Assembly (NCBI GenBank): GCA_010093995.1
Contig: ML992501.1
Location: forward strand, 2,421,320-2,485,319
Length of the DNA: 64,000 bases
Origin: Elsinoe ampelina
Lineage: Eukaryota
Direction of reading: 5' to 3'
This document shows, one piece after another, positions 24,208 through 35,524 of the stretch. Every line of letters begins with the position of its first letter. Position 1 is the first letter of the stretch. The notes below the pieces were generated by a model, which did no database searches, had not been told where the DNA came from, and saw only the letters and a list, made by a program, of their open reading frames with translations. The translations under genes and the position numbers were made by a program.

Positions 24208-27057
24208 TTATCCGCCCGCCACAACTGCCAATCCCTCGTAAATTCTTCGTCTCACGTCCTGGAAGCTCAGCGTTGGATCATACCTGCCTGCGCCCATGTA
24301 CGCTCCGCCCTCAACATCGATTCTGCCTCCCGCCGTCTTGCGCACGATCACCGTCCCATCAATCAGGAGCGTTCCTTCGCCGCGGAATTCTGCGACGTGG
24401 CCGCCAGCCTGCATGAGCCTGCGCAGATCCGCAAGACGCAGGTCGCCGACGTGGATTGGTTGGGTGACCTTTGCGGAGCCGAATGAGGCAGTTGCCGGGA
24501 GGATGTCGAGGACTGGTTCGCGTTCGACTTTCTCGTCGTTCGGCTCATCGGCATCGGCTTCGCCCAGCTTGAGCTTCTTCCGCTTCTGCTCTTCTGCGTC
24601 GTCGTGCTTGGCAGCATCTTCCTTGCTCCTGACGGCCAGTCGGGCTGTGACCGCTACTACCCCCAGACCTTTGACGCTTTGCCAGGTGAGCTTCTTCACA
24701 AGATCCCTGGTGAGCTTCACGCTCCAAGCATTGGTGTCGACACTGACGTCCACGGTCTCACCAATCTTGGGCGTGAAGACGATCTGCCCTTTACCTGAGT
24801 CGTCTTCCTCCCCGAGGAGCATTCGGCAGTCATCCGCGAGGCTCATGACCTCGTGCTTTGTCCCGCTTGTGATGATCAGCTTCCTGGGCTTAATCAGGGG
24901 TATGAGCATTTGCAAGTCTCTCTTCTCGTGCAAGGCGGAAAAGTCCACGTGAGTGATGCTGATCTTCATATCCAGCGTCACGTCCTGGAAGACGACCTTT
25001 CTCGGTCCGCTGACCTCCGCTTCGTCCGGGCCCTCTTCTTCCTCACTGTCGCTGCCCTCTCCCATTTCCTCATCCTTTGCTGTTTCCCCGTTCATCCCTC
25101 TGGTACTACTAGTCAGACCTGCCCTCTCAGTCCTGCCCTTCTTCGCACCCTTCTTGACCTCTTTTCCAGCGTCATCCCACTTTCTCTTCTCCCCCACCTC
25201 TCTCTTCGCACCCTCCTGTACTTTCGACTCTTCAGCTTCCTGGTCAATCTCTTCTGCTCGCCTGTATTCTTCTGTCCTGATAGCCTCACCGTAGTCATCC
25301 TCCCTACCTCTCTTTGCAGCAAAGGGAAACATCTTTTCTCTACCTCTTTTGCCCCGGACATCATAATCGTACACATTCTTCTTGCGGATGAGAATGTTCA
25401 CACCTAGATCTGCGTCGGTGAGATTGACCTTGCGCTTGTTCTGCTGCAGAGCGGCTGTGACATTCAATGCACGGCCCTGTTTGTCGTCATCTTCATCTTC
25501 GGATGATGAGGAGGACGCGGACGAGGCGCCATCATCTTCGGCAGCTTCAGCGTTGAGGACAGTGGATGATTGGCCTTGGCTTGTCGACTGGACTTGACGG
25601 CGGCGGGCAAGATATTGTTGGTAGATAGGTAGTTCGCTTTCGTTGAGAGGCTGGGTGGTAGGCTGACGAGTGCTGATGGACGTGTTCGATGGGATGATCC
25701 GGGTTGAGGCGGACGAAGCGTTACCAGCTGAAGCTCTGTATATCTTCCACAGAGATGAGGAGAGAGTCTGATGCGATTCAGACGCAGTGGGTTCTGAGGT
25801 CATAATGACAAGGTTCTTGGGGTTTGCGCAGAGACGCTGGAGACTTGACTTGGAGAAGCCCCAGTCCAACGAGGTATCGCTCGCGAGAATCACTCCAGGT
25901 CGACCGGTTGAAAGAACTTTCTCGAGCCTAGCCGCACGTTCAACCAGCTTGACGTGCTTAAAGTCGAATGGTGTCTGATCTGCTCGGTCGTCACCTGATC
26001 GTTGTCCTCTCCGAGAGTCATTGGCGGCTTCCATGTCTCGAACCAGACTGTCGTCCATCCACTCCACCATACTTCGCGCGAACCTCAACGTCGACCCAGC
26101 TGTCCTGCTTGCCAGGTGTATCTTCGCATTCCTATATGTGTCGTCATTGCCGCCGACCTTTTTGCGCCAGAATTGTTCCATGATATATGCTAGCTCGAGA
26201 ACTCGAGCGCTCGAATCGGAAGGTATGAGCACTGTGCCTCCCGCACCGATGGTCTTGTCGATGGCTTCCAATAGACGCTCATCTCGTCGCTTTCTACCAC
26301 CAGCTGCATGAGGTCGTTCGATTCCCTTGCTGCTGCAGACGAGAGCTGTAGGCCTCCGCAGGGGCTCAAGGATGTCTGCACCACCACCTCCTCCACTAAG
26401 CCATGCTGCACCACTTAAGATGTTTTCCTTGGCCTGGTTCCAGTCTACAGCATAGACAATGGATTCTAGTCCATGCTGAATATGCCAGATCGTGCCACCG
26501 AGAGTGTGCCCGGCTCCGTACGCTGTGATGGTCAAACCGTTCAGCGATGGGGAAAATGGCGATGCGATTGGTTGAGTGGGTTGTGAGTATTTGAGCGGAT
26601 TGATCAGTGAAAAGTAGCCAGCGATATCTTCGGTGGTTGGAGGTTGTAATAAGATCGATGGAGCACCGTTAGTTGCGCCATTCGAGAGGTAAGTAGCCTC
26701 GACAAGGGCTGACTCAGGGACAATGGTTGAAGCTAGCGGCGAAGACGCATATAGATCCTGTAGCAGTGTTCTCCCCAACGAGATGACTGGGGATGTGGCG
26801 TATACTGGGATGCTCTTGAATTGTGGAACATGCTTGCACAAATGGGCAAATGCGCCTAGATGATCAAGGGTCGGATGAGTCAAGAGGATGACCGACAACG
26901 AGGGTATTTGTTCTTCCAGCGCCCTCAATGCATCTGTGCTGAACGACTCGTCCCAGCCTACATCGATGAGCACCTTGATACCTCCATCGAGCTCAAGCAG
27001 AGATTGGCTGGCTCGAGACTCTGCTTGCGCACCAAGCAAAGGTGTGAATGTGAACAT
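24208..27057 (-). CDS. CFT2: Cleavage and polyadenylation factor CPSF100/Cft2
   Basis: MFTFTPLLG start, metallo-beta-lactamase/beta-CASP motifs (LIDVGWDE, AGHTLGGTIW, YAVDWN) and C-terminal IHVGDLRLADL..AEFRGEGTL. Confidence 0.95.
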   Translation of the reverse strand: MFTFTPLLGAQAESRASQSLLELDGGIKVLIDVGWDESFSTDALRALEEQIPSLSVILLTHPTLDHLGAFAHLCKHVPQFKSIPVYATSPVISLGRTLLQDLYASSPLASTIVPESALVEATYLSNGATNGAPSILLQPPTTEDIAGYFSLINPLKYSQPTQPIASPFSPSLNGLTITAYGAGHTLGGTIWHIQHGLESIVYAVDWNQAKENILSGAAWLSGGGGGADILEPLRRPTALVCSSKGIERPHAAGGRKRRDERLLEAIDKTIGAGGTVLIPSDSSARVLELAYIMEQFWRKKVGGNDDTYRNAKIHLASRTAGSTLRFARSMVEWMDDSLVRDMEAANDSRRGQRSGDDRADQTPFDFKHVKLVERAARLEKVLSTGRPGVILASDTSLDWGFSKSSLQRLCANPKNLVIMTSEPTASESHQTLSSSLWKIYRASAGNASSASTRIIPSNTSISTRQPTTQPLNESELPIYQQYLARRRQVQSTSQGQSSTVLNAEAAEDDGASSASSSSSEDEDDDKQGRALNVTAALQQNKRKVNLTDADLGVNILIRKKNVYDYDVRGKRGREKMFPFAAKRGREDDYGEAIRTEEYRRAEEIDQEAEESKVQEGAKREVGEKRKWDDAGKEVKKGAKKGRTERAGLTSSTRGMNGETAKDEEMGEGSDSEEEEGPDEAEVSGPRKVVFQDVTLDMKISITHVDFSALHEKRDLQMLIPLIKPRKLIITSGTKHEVMSLADDCRMLLGEEDDSGKGQIVFTPKIGETVDVSVDTNAWSVKLTRDLVKKLTWQSVKGLGVVAVTARLAVRSKEDAAKHDDAEEQKRKKLKLGEADADEPNDEKVEREPVLDILPATASFGSAKVTQPIHVGDLRLADLRRLMQAGGHVAEFRGEGTLLIDGTVIVRKTAGGRIDVEGGAYMGAGRYDPTLSFQDVRRRIYEGLAVVAGG

Positions 27058-28010
27058 GACCGTGTCTGCTACCGTCTTATTTTGTTCATCGTGATATTGA
27101 TTTCGCTGCGCTCCCTCCACATGAGCATGACATTTGATACCGGAGACGTCTCACTCGCGTTGGATTGCAGGCCGCGCCAAGCATATCACGTGATGACACG
27201 GCCGCTGACTAAGCGGTACCACCTTTCACCATTCTATCCTTCCCGAGCAAATCTGTCTTCGACTTCACCTGTCATAAATGTTGCTACACCGGACTTAGTA
27301 ATGAGTTCAAATGAACTGTCCCCCACGTGACGCCTACATTGGCTCCCCCCACATGTTCACCATGTTCCACTACGATCCGATTCAGCCACTGGACGCCTCC
27401 ATGGGGAACCTCTGCGAAGACCAACATGGGGTTGTGGGGCTCTCTTGCGGGGTCGTCATGATCCCAAGCCTTCTCTTGGTGCGCATGATGCAGCCATGTC
27501 TTCCCCAGGATCTCAAGGTTTGGTCAGGGAACTGTCAATAGAGCGCCCGATTGACTACCCCGGACTTGGTCAGTCTTGAGAGCATCTCGATCGACAGGCA
27601 CCTGTTCTTCCACCTTCTGGCTTGTCTAAATACCCGGATACTCAACGCGAGCAACAACGTGGTCTATGAATGGTGTGGCATATCTATTCGATGTCTCCAT
27701 GGTGCAGATATACTGTCCTGATTCACTCGCGGGCTAAATTAATTTCGAGACTGGCTCTGGCGAGACTTTCACACGTGTTGTGGCTGTAGTTCTAGCCTGG
27801 GCATACCACAGCCCCACTTTCATTGTTCGGACAGCGAGGCTTGCGCTTTCATGGCACTATTCGCTTGGGAAAAGTACCCATGACTTGTGTTTGGAAGGCG
27901 GGTCAGACCATGCGCGGTGGGTAGGTACAAGATGGCCGGGTATTCCGCGTGGTTGAATCGCACCGCGCTCGACTCCTCTTCCACAATCCAGCACAGTGAC
28001 AGCCGCAGCC

Positions 28011-29001
28011 ATGTCGTCCTCAGATCTTCGTCGTGCAGAGTCGTCGGAAGACATTGATGTGGAGAAGGGAATCAATGGCAATGGTCTACAGCACACCATG
28101 ACAGCAGGCACAATTACCATGAGTGAAGCCATGTTCGAGAAGGTCAGTCATGTGCTGTGCCGACTCATATGCTCCACTGACATTGCACAGCTGTACTTGA
28201 CCCCAAAGACAGAACGCCGTGGCGACAACATCAAGCGATTTGCCAATCCTACGCCTCTCGGACTGGTCGGCTTCGTGATCAGCACCTTCACTTTCAGCAT
28301 GGTCCTTATGGGCTGGGGAGGCGCAAATGGTCTATACGGTGTCGCGTAGGTCCCAGGAACATACAATCTCCTCCAGAACATTCTAACATTTCACCAGTGG
28401 CATCTTCTTCTTCACTGGTCCTGTCCTTCTTATCCTTGCTTTGATCTTCGAATGGATCATGGGCAACTTCTTCTCCATGATGGTCATGGGTCTCTTCGCC
28501 GTCTTCTGGCTCTCCTTCGGCTTGATCCAGCTTCCGACGTTGGGTCTTGCCGCAGCTTATTCTGCATCTGGTGACAACTTTGCCGAAGGAATGGCCTCGC
28601 CGGCCTTCAACGCAGTCCTCGCAATCTATCTGCTAGTCTGGGGTTTCGCCTTGTTTACCTTCTTCATCTTCACCCTGAGGACGAACGCCATCTTCGCCAG
28701 CATCTTCCTCTTCGTGACCATCGGAGCCTTCATTCTGTCGGGAGCATACTGGAAGGTCTCCACTGCTGACTATGCCATGGCAATGACGCTGCAGAAGGTG
28801 AGCAAGACAAGTCCTACGACCCGGCCCATGTGCTGACCTGACTAGACTGGTGCTGCGTTCCTCTTCGTCGTTGCTATCCTCGGCTGGTACATGACCTTCG
28901 TCATCATGTCCTACGAGATGGGCCTCGGTCTCTCCCTACCTGTCGGAGACCTCACTCGATTCTGGCCAAAGAAGAAGGCCGCAGACGCAAAGCAAGAGTA
29001 G
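28011..29001 (+). CDS. GPR1/FUN34/YaaH (Ato/AcpA-like) acetate/carboxylate transporter
   Basis: FANPTPLGL signature and hydrophobic helices; three introns (~28144-28190, ~28346-28397, ~28798-28844). Confidence 0.9.
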
Positions 29002-29435
29002 GATCGAGATGTTGTCTTTAGTTCAAAACGTACATCAATTCATCAGGGACACGGATCGTGCTTAGTATTAATTGCGAAAGCTGAATACACAGACTCCCTC
29101 CTCCTTGCATCCATGGTGCTGCTTTGTAACTAAACCCAATCCGCATCCATTTCCTCAAGGTAAGAAGATGACAACGTCGTCTTGGAAGCAAAAACGATCA
29201 TACAACGACTTTACAATCCCCATTGCCTCTCCTTGCAGTCACCCCCTGGCCCGAACGAAAGATACGATCAAGACCTCCCAAAGCCAGCATGTCTGAAATA
29301 AAAGGTATATATCGAATCAAACTCGGGCCTAAGCCTCTACGCCATCAATGCTCATTAGAGACGTCTTCCCACAACAACAACAGCAACAGACCGATCGTTA
29401 CCATTCCCCACCCTCGTCTCCTCACTTCAAACCGA

Positions 29436-31508
29436 TCAACGAGCCCTCATCTCCTCCAACCTCTGCACCAACGCCGCGTACGCCTCGCTATCCCTGTACG
29501 ACCCCCCACTGACTCCTCCACTCCCGCTGCCACTGCCACTGCCGTACCCACCTCCACTGCCGCTCCCACTCCCACTTCCAGCCCCTGTCCCGGCCCGCGC
29601 CCTCTGTCCCCTCCCAGCTCTATACCACCAAGGCCTCCTCCTGTGCCCACCGGGTCGTCCCGGCCGCGGCGCACCTGTCGGTTGTGCCGACCCTCTTGTA
29701 CGGGTAGGGTAGACACCGCCCGTAGGGAAAGGAACGATGGGTTCAGCAGGTGAGTCGGCGTCGGGGTTGGCGCCTGGTGCGGTCGGAGAGGGGTAAGACG
29801 CGGTCATGGTTGTCGTGCAGGGTTCTTCTCCCTCTGAACCGGAACCGGAATCCGAGCCGGAGTCGGAACCAGAGCCAGAATTGGACCCGGCGTCAGGAGA
29901 ACCGGGGTAGTTCGGCTTCGGCGCATCAGAGGGCAGAGGCACGACAGGTGTCGGGCCGGGGGCGGTGCCATCGTAGCCGGCTGACGGAGCGGAGATGATG
30001 AGCGTTGAGAAGGAAGCGGAAGCGGAAGCGGAAGCGCCAAAGGAGACGGAGAAGGAGGAGGAGAAGGTAAAGACCGATGAGATCTCGGTGAGGGCGGGGC
30101 CGTCGAAGCTGTCCAGTGTGGTGGTGGCTGGTGGTGGGGAGAGAGTGACTGCTGGGACGGTGGAGTTGGTGGGGAGGGGGACGGCTGAGGGTTGGGGTAG
30201 GGGAGTGTTGGACGGATTTGGGACGGAGAGGGTCGAGGTCTCTGTGCAGCTTGTTGATGGAACGGGAGCTGGGGCCGAGGCGTAGTCGCTTGTAGGAGCT
30301 GGAGTCGATGAAGGAGCATCGGGGGCAGGTAGCGTGGATGGCTGAATTGACGTCTTGTCGGTGATGCTGATTCCGTCTGTGATGCTGGAGGGTGCAGCCC
30401 CGGTGGTGACTGGAATCGGGGCGTAGGTGTAGTCCTTGGCAGTGACGACAGCATTGACAGAGGTCAACGCCGGGCCTTCAAAGTACGACAGAGTGGTTGT
30501 TGGTTGGACCTCTATCACCGAAGACGAGCTTGGTAGCTGGCCGTAAGCAGGCACTTGAGGTGCTGCGGCACCGGAGCTCGATCCACCGGGACTGGCGACC
30601 TTTGTGTTTAGAGGCCCAGACTCGACGTAGACACCTGAGAAGTACCAATCTTCGGTTGCGCCGGTGGAGGTAGAGCCGGGGAGACGGAGCACACCGAGAT
30701 GCCAGTCCTGACCATTCTGTGACGTGTCAGCTATTGCAACAGTGCATGTCATTGATGGCCCATACCGATGACGTAGATGCGGACACTGGTCCAGCTGCGA
30801 GAGCCAGATCAGCATCACCAGTAGAGTGGTAGAAGGCAACAGTGTTTGCTGAAAAGTCGACTTCGTAGGCGACATTGTGCCATTCATCAGCCTTTAATTC
30901 GGTTGCCCACTTCGCCTGTCCGTTCGTCGCAAAGCGGAGTGTGTTGTTGCTTCCTCCATTTTGACCATACATCAACTCAACGAAGTGACTCTCGAAGAAA
31001 CAGATCTGATGCTCCTCGGTCGGACTTGGTGGGTTGATGGCTTTGGTGGAGAGAGAGAAGTGATAGTAGACTTTGCCCGAGTTAATGGCGGCCTTGGTCT
31101 GAGGGATCAGCTCTGTCCGGAACATGGGCTGACCATTCCAGTGAGCAGTGTCGTCGATGGTGAGCTTGGCACCTTTTGATGATCCAGTGTCGGCAGCATT
31201 CTTAAAGTCTGGTGAGAGGTTGACATAGGATTTGACTGGACCGGAGCCGTGGATGTAGTATTGGTAAGGTCCGACTTGGTTGGCCCAGCTCCCTTGATGA
31301 TGTTAGTTGTAATCCAGTATACTGATCAGTGATGATGGCATACACTTGTCTAGATCAGCACTGGTGGTGAGGTCGTTGAAGCGGCCATCCCATAGGATAT
31401 CACCTAGCATGTTAGTACATGATTGGATATTCGCAGACATGGCGATCGTTTCTTACCCGCCGCAACAGTGCCGACCAGGGCACTCAACAAGACTGCAGCA
31501 TTCAACAT
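29436..31508 (-). CDS. Secreted GH131 beta-glucanase with a long Ser/Thr/Pro-rich tail
   Basis: Signal peptide, then ILWDGRFND, WSWANQVGPYQYYIHG, FRTELIPQ, EHQICFFESHF and DWHLGVLRLP; three short introns. Confidence 0.88.
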
Positions 31509-32388
31509 GACGGAAACGAAAGTACAGCAAGCACAGCTTGCAAGAGGCTAAGGAGCGACAGTCGTAAAGGTTGGTAGGACTTGAAGGTGTTGCACTGCAA
31601 CAAAACAAGGAAACAAGAAGCAGCACACTTGCCTGTGAGGAGCGCCCAGAGAAAGACGTCTGGCGCAGAGTATTGGTTTATCCAGTCTCACATTGTGAAG
31701 CACACGCACGGTGGTGAACGATGCTCGACTCAGGGCTGTTTGGCGGGAAGGACAGAGGGGAAAAATTGGCTCGTGGATGGGGAGATGAAGGACTGGCTGG
31801 AGCAGAGCAGGAGTTCGGGCGCTTGCATGGGAGAGTCTAGCGTAGGCGCTTCGAAAATGCTTGACACATGAGCTTGGTGGGGAGATGGAGGAGATTCGCA
31901 GAGAGAGGAGGAGAGGCGAAGCAACGTGAAACGCGGTGGCGTTTCTTGTTTCGCCCCTTCCCGCCGCGGGAGTGCCACTTTAGCCACGCGATCCACTGGT
32001 GAGAGTCCCTACACCCAGTTTTCATCAAAACGGACAATTTCCCGATACATCATCAGTATTTTATCATTACATCACATCAGTCTCCACATAGATAGAATAT
32101 GCATCGTCGACATGCACGACATGTCCTCATGTTCTTCGATCGTCTTAGCCCTCACCATGTGGCCAGAAGTGCACCGGACGACGACACTGCTCACAAACTC
32201 TCTCACCGCGCCCCGTCTGTGCCCCGGACTCTCAAACACTGGTTGTTTGCCCCTCATCCGTGGTCTGCCTGACCTGGATGAGACAAGCTATCACCTCCAC
32301 ACCCAGGCCGGACATCGTATTCACTGCTTATGATACAATATATACACTTTTGTCTACTACATACACTTTCATCGCAGCCACAGGATGC

Positions 32389-34502
32389 TCACAACTTTGC
32401 CCTGAGCTCTCTGCCCTGCCCAGCTTCAAAGAACTGCTTGACAACTTTTCGAGCATTGTCGACCACGGTCGCGTCCTCGACTGTCGCCGGCACGTTTACT
32501 TCCTTGTCAAAGTCGCCCTTGACACCATTGTCGAGCAGTTCACGCAGTACACGTCTCAGCGTCTTGCCCGACCGCGTTTTTGGTATCGTGCCTGGTGCAA
32601 CGATGATCCCTCCTAGTACTGCGATTCCACCAATCTGCTTTCGTATCCGTCCGTTGATGTCCTTGAGGAGATCAGGTGGTGAAAGTGTGTCCACGTTTGC
32701 TGACGAGGACGCGAATGCGAATGGCATATGCCCCTTTAAGTGGTCTGGTATGGGTACCACTGCCACCTCCGTGATGTCCGGATGCGACGATATGGCCTGC
32801 TCTATAGATCCTGTTCCTTGTCAGCGGCTGTCTTGCCATCACCAAGATGATTTCTACCTGTGCTCAAACGATGCGCCGCCACATTGATGATGTCGTCTGT
32901 CCTCGCCATGATGTGAACATATCCATCGTCATCTATGATACCAGCATCTCCTGTATCTAGCCATTTACCATTGAATCGCTTCAAATAGCTCTTGTAAAAT
33001 CTTTCCTCGTCATTCCATAATGTCACGAGACCGCTGGGTGCAAATGGAAGACCCAGAACGATGTTTCCAATCTCGCCGTCCTTGACCTCATCACCGTCGT
33101 CGTCGACTATCCGGATGTTGAATCCCGGCATGGGCTTTCCGGCACTGCCTGGCTTGATCTTGAACGGTGTAACCACCTCTCGACTAGTGGGGTCTTGCCC
33201 GACTGCTGGGAGCTGAGCAAGACCTGTCATGGGACTTCCACTCTCGGATGACCACCAGTTGTCGACCACATTCGCTCCCGGCGCGCAGTATTCTGACAGT
33301 AGATCCTGGTACATTGACACAATACATGGCTCGCTTCTCTCTCCCGCAAGAAACAATGCTCTCAATTTGCGAAGCCCACCTCTCTTCCCTCTCTTGCTGA
33401 ATAATTCGTTCTTCGGGTCCTCCTTCCTGATCGCTCTTAACGCTGTCGGTGCCGTAAACATCACATTGACCTTGTGCTCCTCGACCACTCTCCAAAACGT
33501 GTCCGCAGTCGGTAAAATCGGCTTGCCCTCGAAGAGCACCGTTGTCGCTCCAGCCAGGAGTGGTGCGTAGAGAATGTAGCAATGCCCCACAACCCATCCA
33601 ATGTCGCTTGCGCAGAACATGACGTCCCCAGGCTGTATCCCAAACAAGTACTTCATCGTAAAGTTCAATTGTACCGCATTCCCACCCACCTCCCTCAACA
33701 CCCCCTTCGGACTCCCCGTCGTCCCACTCGTATAAATAATATACAACGGATCATTCGCACCCGTCTCCACCGGCCCCGCCCTCAGTCCTCTATTCCTCGC
33801 ACTCTTCACCAACCTCTGCCAATTCCTCTCCCCGTCCTCCTTCCTCACCGGATCCCACCTCATCTCCTCCCTCTGCCACACCAACACCCTCCGCGGCTTA
33901 TGCCCACTCATCCCCACCGCCTCCTGCACCATCGGCCTATAGCTCAACGGGCCCTTATTCCCCTCAATCCCACAACTCGCCGTCAACACCGCCACCGCAC
34001 CACTCGCCTCGATGCGTTGCGCCAGACTCCCCGCCGAGAAACCCCCAAACACAACCGCGTGCACGGCCCCCAGTTGCGCGACCGCGAGGATCCCGACCAG
34101 CGCCGCCGGTATCATGGGCATGTACACCAGCACCACGTCCCCCTTTTTCACGCCCTCCTCGCGTAACACGCCGGCGAGAATGGCGACTTCGTCCTGCAGC
34201 TCGGCGTACGTGAGGGTTTCCTTGCGGCCGCTGACGGGGCTGTCCCAGATGATGGCCGGGCGGGAGCCGGCGCCCGACGCTACGTGGCGGTCGATGCAGT
34301 TGTAGGTCGTGGATAGGCGGCCGTCGGGGAACCATTGCCATGTTGGGTGCGTGGTGCCGGAGGGGAGGGTTTTGGTGGTTTCGCGGAGGATGGTGCGGGG
34401 TGGTTGGGTCCAGGTCAGTTGGGAGGCGGGGCCGGCCCAGAAGGTGGAGGGGGAGGTGATGGAGGCGGTGTAGGTGGCGTCTTGGGGGTGGGTGGGTGGC
34501 AT
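32389..34502 (-). CDS. Short-chain acyl-CoA synthetase (propionate-CoA ligase/ACSS3 type)
   Basis: YTSGTTGSPKG, SDIGWVVGH, DNWWSSE, DTGD and PKTRSGK motifs; intron 32811-32857. Confidence 0.92.
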
Positions 34503-34883
34503 TGTTGAGATGTGGAGGAGGAAGGAAGAGTTACATTGTGAGGTTATGAGGAGAGCAATGGATGCATTTATTGGCGAGACGTCATGGGTTTACCGAGCTC
34601 TGGGGTTGGAGCTGCTCGGGCTTGCGGAGAAGATTGTGGGGTTGATCGAAGCTCTCAGGGGTCAATTTGCTCGCCATGAAAACACCATGAAGAATCGACG
34701 ACGTCTTCGAAACATACAGATTTCGAGCAGCCCTTTAGCTGAAGCATCATGGTCAAAAAAGAAGTTGTCGTCCTAGTTTGAGGACTAATCAACTTCCATT
34801 ATCGCCGACAGTTCTGGGTTATGCCAAGAAGTCTGCCAGGTCGTGGAGTGGTACGAAAAATTCTCAGACATTTATCCAAATGC

Positions 34884-34889
34884 AAAAAA
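34884..34889 (-). terminator. Pol III-type T6 terminator of the tRNA gene
   Basis: TTTTTT on the minus strand, 4 nt after the discriminator base. Confidence 0.7.
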
Positions 34890-34893
34890 TGGC

Positions 34894-35026
34894 CGACTAG
34901 CATGGGAGTCGAACCCACAACCTTCCGCTGCCATCGTAGGAGGCGGACGCGCTACCATTGCGCCAACCTTTGAAAGGAGTCAGGACTAGGAACCGCGAGC
35001 AAAGCGGGAAATGTCACTTACCAGCC
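34894..35026 (-). tRNA. tRNA-Arg(CCT) split by a 54-nt GT-AG intron in the acceptor stem (34968-35021) and a 7-nt intron at position 37/38 (34930-34936)
   Basis: Spliced sequence: GGCTG|GT TG GCGC AATGGTA GCGC G TCCGC CT CCT A|A GCGGA AGGTT GTGGG TTCGACT CCCAT GCTAGTC G. All four stems pair, and the A and B boxes are intact. Confidence 0.85.
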
Positions 35027-35524
35027 ACACATTGAAAAAACATCGGATTGAACCAAGTTTCGTAACTCAGCCGAGCGCATGCTGTTATATAATGTCATAG
35101 ACAAAAAAAGCCGCTTCGAGAGCAAATTCGGAAGACCTGAGTCGATCTTTCCAAGTGGTCTGCCAGATCAGTTCTGCAAAAATAGACAATTCCTACCAGC
35201 AGGAGCTACATGAGATGCTTAGCCACCCTCAAAAGGTGCCTTATAGTGTGCATCTTCCACGGGCATGGATCATTGAACCACCATCGATCCGATAGTCCAC
35301 TGTCTTCTTGGGAGACCAGTGCCACTTCATTCCCGAGAGTCAAGCCAGATAGAGCTTTTCAATACTATCCCAGTAGAAACCTTTAAACTCGTCTTACGTA
35401 CCTACATATCTCTGCATTCTAGGCTTACGCCCCCGTGGAATCAATCTTTCATCAAGTGCTAATCTTCGGCTACCGTCTACAGGACGCCATGGAATGACTT
35501 CGAGTCATCTTCCGCGATGACACC

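Noticed and set aside
35035..35075. A second tiny Pol III gene upstream of the tRNA (GGTTCAATCC then T6)
   Set aside because: The B-box-like motif is one base short and no cloverleaf can be drawn.
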